A DNA stretch of 64,000 nt. Origin: an uncultured archaeon. GTDB lineage: Archaea; Thermoplasmatota; Thermoplasmata; Thermoplasmatales; Thermoplasmataceae. Below, piece after piece: positions 31,396-41,546 of the stretch. Position numbers and translations under genes: made by a program. Position 1 is the first letter of the stretch, and the number at the start of each line of letters is the position of its first letter. The notes beneath the pieces were generated by a model that saw only the letters and a program-made list of their open reading frames with translations, did not search any database and was not told the DNA's origin. The stretch spans positions 1,568,001 to 1,632,000 of the forward strand of contig CP009479.1 in the NCBI GenBank assembly GCA_000965745.1. Reading direction: 5' to 3'.

Positions 31396-31457
31396 TAAAT
31401 GTAGGATACCATTGCGGAGGTTGTCGAGCTAGGTCAAAGGCGATGGATTTAGGGTCC
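31396..31457 (+). repeat. att-like direct repeat: upstream leader plus 5' half of tRNA-Leu
   Basis: 61/62 identical to 32486-32547; weaker similarity extends to ~31358. Confidence 0.9.
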
Positions 31458-31672
31458 GACTTACTTCTGGAAGTATTTCTGACCAATTTGTCCAGCGATT
31501 ATGACACCACAATGAGTATTGAACCGAAGCGAAAAGTTTGTGAAAAATTTGCCCTTAAGAACTTAGAAAGTAACTTTCTCTTAAACAGTAATTTTAACAA
31601 TCCCCTGTAAAGATAGTTCAGCAGATTTTATGAACACCAAAAAGTATGTATATTTAATACACATAATTATGC

Positions 31673-31897
31673 GTGTCAACTCAAAGACTCAATGTAACTG
31701 TGCCTGATGACGTATCCGACATTCTTAAGACTAAGAAGAATAAGTCAGAGTTTCTGGCTGAGGCTGTCAGGGAGAAAGCTATCAATGATAAGAAAAAGGA
31801 AATTATGGAGAAAGCACGAAAACTAAGGAAATACTATGATTCTGACGTGGATCTGACTTCTCTGAACTCTCTGGATTCTCAGGATTTTGTGGATTGA
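31673..31897 (+). CDS. RHH-type antitoxin
   Basis: RLNVTVPDDV...NKSEFLAEAV; acidic tail; directly upstream of the toxin. Confidence 0.8.
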   Translation: MSTQRLNVTVPDDVSDILKTKKNKSEFLAEAVREKAINDKKKEIMEKARKLRKYYDSDVDLTSLNSLDSQDFVD

Positions 31898-31906
31898 GGG
31901 AAAGAG

Positions 31907-32248
31907 TTGAAACAAGGAGAAATCTGGTTGGTGAATCTCTCGCCAACAGTTGGTGCTGAAATTACCAAAACAAGGCCTTGTGTGATTACAAGCAGCAACG
32001 AGATCGGAATTCTACCATTGAAGGTAATCGCACCCATAACAGATTATAAAACACATTATGATTCGGTGCCTTGGATGGTAGAGTTATCTCCTGATGGGCT
32101 TAACAACTTATCCAAGAGATCTGTTGTGGATTTATTCCAATTGAGATCAGTATCTCAGGCAAGGTTAATTAGAAACATTGGTTTAGTGATGGATGAGGAA
32201 TTTCAACAGATCTTGGATGCCATAAAGATAGTTTTTGGGATTTATTGA
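31907..32248 (+). CDS. mazF: MazF/PemK-family toxin
   Basis: GEIWLVNLSPTVGAEI.KTRPCV, APIT, QLRSVS..RL. Confidence 0.92.
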   Translation: MKQGEIWLVNLSPTVGAEITKTRPCVITSSNEIGILPLKVIAPITDYKTHYDSVPWMVELSPDGLNNLSKRSVVDLFQLRSVSQARLIRNIGLVMDEEFQQILDAIKIVFGIY

Positions 32249-32503
32249 TCTATATCTTTTGGAATACAGATCTTAATTTTCGAACACGATTTCCATCACT
32301 TCTTTCAACTTTTGTGTGACTCTTACCCCTTTCTCCGTTATTCCTATCATATTCTTCATTGGGTGTGAACTGTTATCTTTCCTTGATGTTATCATATTCC
32401 AATTCTCACCCAATTCAATAATAGAATATGCCTGATGACTATTTACTACTTCAACCAATTTTGAATATCTTTATTATACTCACCGTAAATGTAGGATACC
32501 ATT

Positions 32504-32588
32504 GCGGAGGTTGTCGAGCTAGGTTAAAGGCGATGGATTTAGGGTCCATTCCCGTAGGGGTTCGCCGGTTCGAATCCGGCCCTCCGCA
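32504..32588 (+). tRNA. tRNA-Leu (anticodon TAG)
   Basis: GCGGAGG/CCTCCGC acceptor stem, ATGGA-TTTAGGG-TCCAT anticodon arm, long variable arm, GGTTCGAATCC. Confidence 0.97.
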
Positions 32589-32761
32589 CTTTTATTGATA
32601 TTAGCGGTTTTGTGAAAGGTCTGGGTGTTGTTGATAACATCAAAATTTGCTATGTAATTTTCAACCGGGGTCTCAAAGTATCGGCTCAAATTCAGGCCTA
32701 ACCGCTTACCCCGTTCTATCAGGCTTTCATCAACCAACAAGGTCAATTTTCTTTTCATCAT
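32519..32761 (-). pseudogene. Probable int(N) fragment of a tRNA-splitting (SSV/pTN3-type) integrase
   Basis: RHH-like N-terminus (KLTLLVD..LIE..K.LGLNLSRYFE) reading in frame antisense through the tRNA 3' half. Confidence 0.6.
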
Positions 32762-32914
32762 AGTAAATATATATAAGTATAGAAATTATATTAAATTTTG
32801 GAGGCTATTCGTGTAATATGCAAGTTCATGCATTAGTCCAACTATGGTGACCTGTTGGGAGAATTATCGTCAAATGCATTCTCCCTTTATCCTTCCCTTT
32901 GTTTATGCCCTCCA

Positions 32915-33451
32915 TCAGATCACTTCCAGAGGTATGTCGACCGTCACAATTTGGTTTTGAGAAGGAATATGATAAATAGAGATATCCCAAGCCGGGGTGA
33001 ATGAAATGTACATCTGCATGGTAATGTTCCCGCTTTTAACGTATGTTTGAGAGTTGAATACAAGTTCAATCATGGTCTGATTTACTTGATGAACCTGGAA
33101 AGATGTTGACGAAGTACCATCTGGGAATCTAAGAGTAGCATTGTTGATGTAGAACGAAGAGTCAGTGTAGGGACTGGATAGAATCTGCCTAGTCTTTTGA
33201 ATAGATACACCCACTGCAAAGCTGGAAGATGTGCCAATAGGTATGTTCGGGGCTTTTCCGGTCAAATTGTACGTGGAACTCATGTGCCCATTCGTGAACT
33301 CAACTTGCTCATATGCCACTCCTCTATTTTTGTAGTCGCTCTGCGCAAGGGTGTGAGGTGGCGCGAAAATAGAAAAGAGGGTGTAGCCCAAAAATACTAC
33401 TACTAAAGCAATTACCACAAAAACTGCCTTTTTATGTCTCATTCTGATCAT
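32915..33451 (-). CDS. Membrane-anchored extracellular protein
   Basis: N-terminal TM followed by an S/T-rich beta-like domain with sequons. Confidence 0.65.
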   Translation of the reverse strand: MIRMRHKKAVFVVIALVVVFLGYTLFSIFAPPHTLAQSDYKNRGVAYEQVEFTNGHMSSTYNLTGKAPNIPIGTSSSFAVGVSIQKTRQILSSPYTDSSFYINNATLRFPDGTSSTSFQVHQVNQTMIELVFNSQTYVKSGNITMQMYISFTPAWDISIYHIPSQNQIVTVDIPLEVI

Positions 33452-33630
33452 GCATAGAGCCCCATGTTAAAATCTATAGTACTACTCCCTTCATACAGCG
33501 GTGCATGGTTGTATCCCTCTGTGATGGTGACTGTCGATGAATATGTGAAATATTCTATTGCGTAGCTCGAAGGATAGTAATTGAATTAGTTTGTGTTTGT
33601 GTCTATGCCGAAAATCATTGAATATTTTGT

Positions 33631-34003
33631 ATGTGGGATTATGAGGTCCGTGTAATAGACGGTCGAAAGAATATTGGGCGACTCATAGCCGTTGGGTCAA
33701 AACGAATAACCTCACGCAACATTGACTTCGGGAATGTCGTTATAGCCAATACGGAAGGAAGCATTACTTACTCCGCTATTAAGTGGCTTTCGATGAACAG
33801 CATCCCTGTTGTATCTCTGGATTGGGATGGAGAGATAATAAGCATAAAAGATCCTCCTTATCTGGAAGGAATCAAGAGATTAAGGCAGTATGATGCCTAT
33901 CTGAATAATCGTATTGAGGTGGGCAGGGATATAATAACTGGAAAATAAAACCACACCAAAGACTTCCTCTTATGGCTAAAGGACAGATACGAGATGCGCT
34001 TAA
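33631..34003 (+). pseudogene. cas1: Truncated solo Cas1 (N-terminal domain)
   Basis: VVI...GSIT..AIKWL....IPVV.LDWDG, QY.AY; in-frame TAA at 33946 followed by NHTKDFLLWLKDRY. Confidence 0.65.
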
Positions 34004-34049
34004 AAAGATAATTTACTTAAGTTATGTTATTAGATAATATTGTCATTCA

Positions 34050-34889
34050 TTGGTGATTAAGTTGAAGGAGAGAACTATTGTGATAACCGGGGCAAGTGAC
34101 GGAATAGGCCGTGCTGCAGCAACACACCTAAAATCTAGCGGTGCTAATGTTATAATAACTGGAAGATCCAGAGAAAAGACTAAAGCTGTGGCTGAAGAAC
34201 TAAAAGTGCCTTATTACATAGCAGACTACTCAAGTTTGGCTGAAGTGCGGCAGCTTGGATCAGACTTAAAAGGGGATTACTCTACAATCGATGTTCTCGC
34301 GAACAATGCAGGAGGAATTATGGGTTCCCAGAGAACTGTCACAGATGACGGCTATGACAGAGCAATCCAGGTGAACCATCTTGCTGGATTTCTGCTTACA
34401 AACATCTTATTGGACACTCTTTGTGCTTCAAAGGCAAGTGTGATCAACACATCCAGTGCTGCTCAGCAATTTTCAGGGCTTACAGACTTAAGTGATCTGA
34501 AACTTGATATTGGCTATAGCAGCATGGGAGCATATGGCAAGAGTAAACTAATGAACGTTCTCTTTACTAAGGAGCTCCACAGACGTTACAATTCTCTAGG
34601 AATTTCGGCAGCTGCGTTCCATCCGGGGGTTGTAAGAACAAATTTTGGGGAAGAGTTCGGAGGCAGGACCAAACTCCTCTATTCAGGACCCATAAAGTAT
34701 GTATTGAAGACACCTGAGAAGGGTGCAGATACATTGATCTGGCTAGCAACATCTCAACCAGGTAAAGACTGGATCCCAGGGGAATATTACAGCAAGAGGC
34801 ACATAAAGCGCCCCAATAGGCAGGCTGAAGATGCTGAAAACGCAAAGATCCTTTGGGAAGCTTCATCAAAGGCAACTGGATTGCCCTGA
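34050..34889 (+). CDS. Short-chain dehydrogenase/reductase
   Basis: TGASDGIG, NNAG, YGKSK, HPGVVRT. Confidence 0.93.
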   Translation: MVIKLKERTIVITGASDGIGRAAATHLKSSGANVIITGRSREKTKAVAEELKVPYYIADYSSLAEVRQLGSDLKGDYSTIDVLANNAGGIMGSQRTVTDDGYDRAIQVNHLAGFLLTNILLDTLCASKASVINTSSAAQQFSGLTDLSDLKLDIGYSSMGAYGKSKLMNVLFTKELHRRYNSLGISAAAFHPGVVRTNFGEEFGGRTKLLYSGPIKYVLKTPEKGADTLIWLATSQPGKDWIPGEYYSKRHIKRPNRQAEDAENAKILWEASSKATGLP

Positions 34890-35085
34890 GATTCAACTAT
34901 TTGGTTCCTATCTTAAACTGGGTAGGCTACTTTTCTTGAGTATTCAGATTAAGTTCTAATCAGTTTCAGGGAATTTTGCATAGGTTCACCTGTAAAATTA
35001 GTGAGAATTGGGTCCAAATATCGCCAGCAATGAATAAGTTGCGATAAAGGTATGAATTAAATGAGTGCAAATTATGCCTTTAATG

Positions 35086-35922
35086 TCATCGTTTGTAGAA
35101 AATCATCTCTTTGTGATCAATGTCGTATGAAACGATGTATCTCTTCAGGAAGTCATGACCTATCAAACCATCATGTATTATGTCCTGAAAGATCACTTTT
35201 GGTTTTTCCTGCATTAAATCTGGGTACCCATCTAGTGCAATTGCTCCCTTCATCTCCGCAAGAAATCGCTCGTAATCATGTCCTGTTTCGTCTGTTCCCT
35301 TGAATGATTCAACATTCGGGTCATCGTGGGTTACTCCCAATTCAGCCATTAGCTTTGAGTTGAGTATTAGCAGATCTGATCCGGTGTCAACTTCAAATTT
35401 TCCCAGTCTTCCGCTTGGGAGCTTTATTTTGACATATAATGAAACTGAGGGTCCATTGTATTCAATTTCAACTGGAACTCTAGTTCCATGATCAAATTGA
35501 CTTTCTCTGGCAGTGGTATCGGTAATTTCGAGAAAAGGACCAGAATAGTTCATTGTTAAGACACTTCCTTTGAAAAATCCTATGGAAAGGATACCCTTAA
35601 TTTCTTCCAGAACAGGGGGAAAACTTGAGGTGTCAAATATACCAACTTCAAGGTTTTCTCTCACTAAGTTACCTGCCTCAATGGATGGTACCTTAACCAG
35701 TGGTAATTCCAGTTCTTGGCCAGACATCCTCTTCCCAATCATTGTTCCAACTTTTTTCAGGGATAGTTCTTCCACGAAATCTCTGGACAGAACCGTTGGA
35801 CCTATTCCAGTGTCCATCAGAAATTTGACCTCATTTCCGTTGACTTTAACGGGGATTTGCATTATGTGGTTGCCAATTATCGAAAAGGGTATTTTTTCCA
35901 TATGTGAGAAATATACGCTCAT
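35086..35922 (-). CDS. Tandem retropepsin-like aspartyl protease
   Basis: Two DTG motifs (FLMDTG, FEVDTG) with GILSIGFF and GLIGHDFL. Confidence 0.85.
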   Translation of the reverse strand: MSVYFSHMEKIPFSIIGNHIMQIPVKVNGNEVKFLMDTGIGPTVLSRDFVEELSLKKVGTMIGKRMSGQELELPLVKVPSIEAGNLVRENLEVGIFDTSSFPPVLEEIKGILSIGFFKGSVLTMNYSGPFLEITDTTARESQFDHGTRVPVEIEYNGPSVSLYVKIKLPSGRLGKFEVDTGSDLLILNSKLMAELGVTHDDPNVESFKGTDETGHDYERFLAEMKGAIALDGYPDLMQEKPKVIFQDIIHDGLIGHDFLKRYIVSYDIDHKEMIFYKR

Positions 35923-36137
35923 ATTATACTTATATTGGCACTCCTGGAGGCTGGTGCTATATGACTATGTTTTTTGATCTGAAGTTCTGTTACCAGAATT
36001 TCTCAGAACCTTGAATTTTCAAAAAAATTTTAGAATGAATTAGGCAAATTCTTAAACAAAACTGTGGGCTCAGCTAAACCACTACCAATCCTGGCTTATT
36101 ATCTTGATAATGGGGATGGGTTTAGAGTCAAACCATC

Positions 36138-36554
36138 TCATTTTGTAATAGGTATCCTTTTGATTTCCTTTATGCCTTCAAAATCCGGATCATCTGTTAT
36201 AATTTCAGATATATTCCGCTCAATTGCACAGGATAAGTGAATTGAATCTCGTGGATTAAGATTGTATTTTTCACGGATAACCTGGCTTCTTCTAATTATC
36301 TCATCGTCAACCGATATAAATCTTAGGAAGGGAAAATTCAGGAACTTCTTGCCGACTTCAATAGCATCTGTTTTTCCCAGGGTTAGTTCAACAACATAGG
36401 AGACCTCGTCCCAAGTTAAGGTCGAGGCATATGCCTGTATATCTTTTCCCTCTATTTTGGAGAGAATTTCTCTTGCTGTTTCAGATTCTTTCAGTTCATT
36501 GTAAAGAACAGGGTATAAGAAAACGTTAGAATCAATGTAAAATGTTCCTTTCAT
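36138..36554 (-). CDS. vapC: VapC PIN-domain toxin
   Basis: YIDSNV, WDEV, PRDSIH, TDDPDF. Confidence 0.92.
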   Translation of the reverse strand: MKGTFYIDSNVFLYPVLYNELKESETAREILSKIEGKDIQAYASTLTWDEVSYVVELTLGKTDAIEVGKKFLNFPFLRFISVDDEIIRRSQVIREKYNLNPRDSIHLSCAIERNISEIITDDPDFEGIKEIKRIPITK

Positions 36555-36572
36555 ATTGTTCCTCTGTTATTT

Positions 36573-37829
36573 GGTCATGTGCACCAAGTGCTGTAAATTA
36601 AAGAGGGACTCCCCCACCGTGCAACTCCTCCATTCTCAAATACTTTCGCCCAGTGATCCACTCCTCATTCACGTCCATCAACACCGCTCCTGCCAACCTG
36701 ATCAACGCTTTCTCAGATGGAAACGCACCCACTTTCTTTGTACGACGCTTGATCTCGTAATTGAGACGCTCCATCATGTTTGTTGTTCTTATCCTGCGCC
36801 AGTGCTGCTGTGGACAGGACTGATAGTTGTACAGTGAATCCGACCATCGCTCGTACATCTCAGCAGCCCTGTCCATTCCATGATCCATCAATGCCTGCTG
36901 TGCCAGAGGCATGAGTGAAGGATTCTCAAGTGATTCCTTCACTATGAGTGATACTGACCCCCATCTTTTCTTTGGAATCTTCTTCATCAGGTTCCTGATG
37001 AAATGCACATGGCAGAACTGCCATGATGCACCCGGAAAAGATCGGAGTACAGCCTCCCTGATTCCCTTATGGCCATCTGATATCACCAGCTCTAAGCCTC
37101 TCAGACCGCGATCCTTAAGATCATCGAAGAATGATTCGTAGTCGATTTCTGTCTCAGAGTCATAAAGCCTTGCTCCCAGGATTTCCCTGTATCCATCCTC
37201 TCTCACGCCAGCAGCAATGTACAGCGCCATGCTTTTGTACCTTGAATCCTGGCGTACCTTGATGTATGTGGCATCCACATACATGTACCTGATCTCCTTT
37301 TCTATGGGACGCTCAAGGAATTCCTTCACCTTTTGATCCAGATCGGAGGAGAGTGATGAGACATAGGACGGGGATACTTTTCGTATCCCAAGGGTCTCAA
37401 CAATGCTCTTCACTCTCCTTGTTGAGACACCCTGTATGTACGATTCCAGGATTGCTGATTCAACTGCTCTCTCGACTCTGCTGTACCGGTTAAATACCTG
37501 AGTTTCGAATGGAAACTCACGTATCTGGGGCTTCTCCAGAGTGAGATCGCCGTCCGATGTCTTCAGTGATCTCTTCCTCTTGCCATTCCTGTGTGCTTTC
37601 CTCTGATCAGATCTCTCGTACCATTTCGCCCTGATCTGATCCATAGCTTCCCTGTCCATGACTTCGTTCAGAAACCATTCGATCAGCTGTTTCTTCCCTT
37701 CCTGATTGTCATTCAGGAAATTGCTTATTAATTCCTCTACCATGTTCAACTGGTCCTGCATCTTTTGGTCCTCCTAATTCCAAATTTTGCGGGACCTCTT
37801 TAAAATTACATCACTTTATGCACACGATC
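36573..37829 (-). mobile_element. IS256-family element
   Basis: Imperfect ~28-bp terminal IRs; 8-bp TSD TGTTATTT at 36565-36572 and 37830-37837. Confidence 0.93.
36598..37761 (-). CDS. IS256 transposase (Mutator-like DDE)
   Basis: YVDATY, ISDGHKG, WQFCHVH, TTNMMERLN.EIKRRT. Confidence 0.96.
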   Translation of the reverse strand: MQDQLNMVEELISNFLNDNQEGKKQLIEWFLNEVMDREAMDQIRAKWYERSDQRKAHRNGKRKRSLKTSDGDLTLEKPQIREFPFETQVFNRYSRVERAVESAILESYIQGVSTRRVKSIVETLGIRKVSPSYVSSLSSDLDQKVKEFLERPIEKEIRYMYVDATYIKVRQDSRYKSMALYIAAGVREDGYREILGARLYDSETEIDYESFFDDLKDRGLRGLELVISDGHKGIREAVLRSFPGASWQFCHVHFIRNLMKKIPKKRWGSVSLIVKESLENPSLMPLAQQALMDHGMDRAAEMYERWSDSLYNYQSCPQQHWRRIRTTNMMERLNYEIKRRTKKVGAFPSEKALIRLAGAVLMDVNEEWITGRKYLRMEELHGGGVPL

Positions 37830-38050
37830 TGTTATTTTCTTTATATCAATTCTTTTGGTGAGCTTCTTTGAATAAGTTGTGCAATAATAGTCCACATATG
37901 ATACGGATTCTGGCTTGATTTTCTTTATTATAACTGAATCATCAATAACATCAACGATAACCTCAGAGTATTCCTTGATCCCGATCTTATCTCTGATATC
38001 TTTTGGTACGACTACCTGGCCCTTAGGTCCAACAGTGGTCTTCTTTCCAT
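37830..38050 (-). pseudogene. AbrB/MazE-type antitoxin of the vapC at 36138, disrupted
   Basis: Frame KKTTVGPKGQVVVPKDIRDKIGI...; ATG at 38050 is 1 nt out of frame; IS256 cuts off the last ~10 codons. Confidence 0.85.
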
Positions 38051-38521
38051 ATAATAGTTATATGTATAACTTTTATATATACACCGTTTATTCGAAAAAG
38101 TCACTCATTATCAATCTCTGAAATGACCCTCAACAAATCATGTCTAAGAACAATTGATGACTAAGCCTTTATTTTATGGATTTGGGCAAGATTTCTGCAA
38201 CCGATACTGCTGTTGAAATAACTATGAAAACACTGGTAAATCCTCTATTATTCTTCATCCTGGCACAGCCCGTTCCCGGCACTTAATGATGCACTCATCT
38301 GTATTATTCCATTAGCAATTGAAAAATGTTTTCATGAACCTTGTGGGTGAATTTTCAGCTGCAGTCGGGAGATGTATACTAGTTATATCGGGCTTTGAAC
38401 AACATGTTAAGAGGCCCCGGTGCACAATCCGGATCGTATAATAATGAGCAACCCGTATGGATACGCAGGGACGGGATGGATTTTGTCTTTCACGACAGGC
38501 CTGCCCCGGAGGTTTTGTAAT

Positions 38522-38962
38522 ATGGCAATTGAAAGAAGATCGAGAGTGGTTTGGGAAGGAGACCTGCTCAAGGGAAATGGAAACATTGAGTTCCAGTCAA
38601 GCGGGTTGCACAGCACGCCTGTCACATGGGCATCAAGAACTGAGGATCCGAACGGAAAGACCAGTCCAGAGGAGCTCATGGCCGCAGCACACGCAGCATG
38701 TTTCTCCATGGCACTCTCAGCTACGCTTGCACGGTCAAAGCATCCGCCAAAAAGCCTTGATGTAAGTGCAAAATGCACCCTAGACAAGAAGGATGAGGGC
38801 TTCAGGATAACAGACATGCACCTCACTCCTCTTGTTGGCGAAGTTGATGGTATGTCAGAGGATGAATTCATAAAGGCAGCCAATGAAGCAAAGGAAGGTT
38901 GCCCAGTGTCCAATGCATTGAAGAATAATGTGAATATCCACCTTGACGCCCGGCTGAAGTAA
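38522..38962 (+). CDS. osmC: OsmC-family peroxiredoxin
   Basis: W.G.L..G.G, TSPEELMAAAHAACFSMAL, CPVSNAL. Confidence 0.93.
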   Translation: MAIERRSRVVWEGDLLKGNGNIEFQSSGLHSTPVTWASRTEDPNGKTSPEELMAAAHAACFSMALSATLARSKHPPKSLDVSAKCTLDKKDEGFRITDMHLTPLVGEVDGMSEDEFIKAANEAKEGCPVSNALKNNVNIHLDARLK

Positions 38963-38991
38963 AACAGCCTTTGAATACATCACTGTTCAGA

Positions 38992-39432
38992 TCACGGCTG
39001 TGAGTTCCTGTACCTCTGTGGCTCCCCCTTCCTGCCCATTGCAGTGAGAATAACTGTGTGCAGGAGAGCAACAACGGAAAAAACGAACGGAATTCCTGCA
39101 AGCAGACCCGTGAAGTTGAGGTAATACATGCCGCCAGCCTTCTGCTGGCTTAACGGGAACAATACGGCGATAAGGACCCATGATACAGCAACAAGAATGC
39201 CAAGGGATAAAATCCTGGCATTTTTCCATTTTTCTGTAATTCCTAACAGTCCATATGAAAAGAGAAATCCTGCACCAACTGAAAGTCCAGTAACAAGGGC
39301 ACCAAGAACTCCATAGTGTGAAGCGTAAGTTGATGCTGCATACGCAAATAGAACAGCAACCCCCAGGACAGGAAACATTGAAGCCAGGAAAATTCGAGCC
39401 TGTTTCCTGGTAATTTTCTGGGTGTACACATA
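38992..39432 (-). CDS. Four-TM membrane protein
   Basis: Hydrophobic helices; start uncertain. Confidence 0.55.
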   Translation of the reverse strand, partial: YVYTQKITRKQARIFLASMFPVLGVAVLFAYAASTYASHYGVLGALVTGLSVGAGFLFSYGLLGITEKWKNARILSLGILVAVSWVLIAVLFPLSQQKAGGMYYLNFTGLLAGIPFVFSVVALLHTVILTAMGRKGEPQRYRNSQP

Positions 39433-40125
39433 CATGCAACAGCTGTTATTATTTAAATTGAGGCGTGGCGGTTCCCAGAGATGATTTTCTAAAAGTCTCA
39501 CAGAAAAAGGGGCCTGTAACCACGGGGTATCAGGCTGATACAATTCAGAAATCACTGTTCGTTCAGTTTGGCGATCCGGCTTCCCTTGACCCAGCCGCCT
39601 CTGATGTATTCATAATCCTGCCAGTGATCGCTGTAGGAACAGTTGGCAAACCGGGACTCTGTCTTTTCTCTTCTGATTAATATGTGAATATCTCCCTTTT
39701 CAACCTCATCCTCATCGCCTTGGTGTGGAAGAAATGGAGTTCCAGGGTCCTGTCATCCTCTTCCGAAGCCTCTGACTACATCTGCCCCTTTGTTGGCAAC
39801 ATCACCGACAATTTCTCCGGATTATTCTGCTATGCCTTCCTTTTTCTTCTTATCTTTCCCTTCTTCCATGCATTTTCCCCTTTAACACATTTGTAAGCAC
39901 TCTTGCATCCTTTACCCATAGCATCCCACAAGTGGGACCTGATAATCAGCACCCTATTGCGATACAATCCAGTTTCAGTCTGACTACTCTGGATTTGTTC
40001 CGTTAAATCTTCCAAATCATTTCAGGTCAGAATCAGGATCGTCAAGTGTCCATCATCACTGTCAGGTTCAAACCCGGACTGTTGATCCTGTCTGGGCGGA
40101 GGATTGGATCGCCACACCAAAACAC

Positions 40126-41385
40126 TCATGTGGCTTCATTTGCTGGCCGCTCCTTGTGTACTCTCCCATCTAGCTTCCACAGGCTTCTCATCGATGCAAA
40201 AACAAACGTGAAAAGAACCATAAGAATCCCCGAGATTATGAAGTCAACCATTATGCCATAAAGAGCTATAACTGCTGCTCCGGCTGCAATTGCAACCGGG
40301 CTGATTGAGGAAAGGGCACCGTCAATCGCAAAGTAACGGCCCCTCATATTGGGCGGAACAATGTTGTGTGCAGTAGTAAGCCAGACGTTCACAGATATGC
40401 CGAAACATAGCCCAACGATGAAAGTGAAAAGAATAGCTGTATAAATTCCGGGGACTATGCCCATCGCGAGAATGCACAACCCTGGTATTCCTCCAAATAG
40501 AACCACGTTTATTTTGCCTGAATATTTCAGAAGGTTCAGCCTTCCGCCAATGAGCGAACCACTCACATCTCCTGCAGCCAGTGCAGACAATATAAGACCA
40601 TAAACCAGGGATGTAGCATTGATCCCAACTGCAACGTAAATCACGTAATAGGTTATGATCATGTCCATGAAGAAGTTGAAGAAAGTGGCCGAAACTGTTA
40701 GCAGGAAAAAGCCTTTTCTTGCTACCAGCCATCTGAACCCTTCCTTGAGGTCTTCCAGCATGGAGGGTTTCTTTTCCTGTCCGGATGGGTGTGTAGCTGT
40801 TTTACTTTTCAAGAATGGCAGCAGGATGAAGGCAGCAAACAGTGCAGAGGCAAGATACGCCCCGGCGCTGAAAAGGAACCCAGATAGAACCCCGAGGGCT
40901 ACTATCAATCCTCCGGCAAGCGCATTTGAAATTGATTCCAGGCTGCTTCTGAGGGCCCGATAAATGCCGTTGGATTTTGCAATCGTGCCACTTGTTACAA
41001 CATCGGGCAAGGCAGAAAGTCCCGCCGACCTCGTGATCTCCCTGCTTGCTCCCCATACGACTGCCAGCATGAGCACCGCTGCCATGTCAAAGGAAAAAAA
41101 GAGCACGTTGAATGACAAAATCAAGAAGACTGCAAAACCTGCCACTCCGGAAACTGCAAGAAGCATGCCCTTGTTTAGGCGATCCACCAATGTGCCAACC
41201 GGAAGTGAAACAAGAAGTGCAGCAAGCGTCTCCAATATTGCAACAAGGCCAACTGCAACTGCAGATCCTGTGAAGGAAAAAACATACCATGTAAGGCATA
41301 CCTGGGCTACACTGAAAGCGGAAATGAACGTGGAACTCTGCCCAAGGAGCCCAAGAAACTGGGTATTATGCTTTGACTCATTCAT
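40126..41385 (-). CDS. MFS transporter (DHA3/macrolide-efflux-like)
   Basis: GTLVDRLNK, LKEGFRW, VPPNMRGR. Confidence 0.9.
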   Translation of the reverse strand: MNESKHNTQFLGLLGQSSTFISAFSVAQVCLTWYVFSFTGSAVAVGLVAILETLAALLVSLPVGTLVDRLNKGMLLAVSGVAGFAVFLILSFNVLFFSFDMAAVLMLAVVWGASREITRSAGLSALPDVVTSGTIAKSNGIYRALRSSLESISNALAGGLIVALGVLSGFLFSAGAYLASALFAAFILLPFLKSKTATHPSGQEKKPSMLEDLKEGFRWLVARKGFFLLTVSATFFNFFMDMIITYYVIYVAVGINATSLVYGLILSALAAGDVSGSLIGGRLNLLKYSGKINVVLFGGIPGLCILAMGIVPGIYTAILFTFIVGLCFGISVNVWLTTAHNIVPPNMRGRYFAIDGALSSISPVAIAAGAAVIALYGIMVDFIISGILMVLFTFVFASMRSLWKLDGRVHKERPANEAT

Positions 41386-41546
41386 AAAAACTTCACTTGA
41401 ATTTTATTACAGGGCATTTTTGAGGGATTCTTGTAGGTATTTGTAAGGCTAAGATCCTGATGTCATCCAATGAACTGCCCAGACCCTGCTAAGGTGTCGG
41501 AGTATTTAACTGCTGCACATCCAGGCTGCAAGGTGACCGCTACACA

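Noticed and set aside
31414-31457. Second tRNA-Leu or split/intron-containing tRNA
   Set aside because: Only the 5' half is present; no 3' half or bulge-helix-bulge partner found; better explained as an att duplication
33450-34050. CRISPR array or complete casposon near cas1
   Set aside because: No repeat-spacer periodicity, PolB or terminal inverted repeats seen
39500-40050. Short ORFs between the membrane protein and the MFS gene
   Set aside because: Interrupted by stops with no recognisable family; likely decayed sequence
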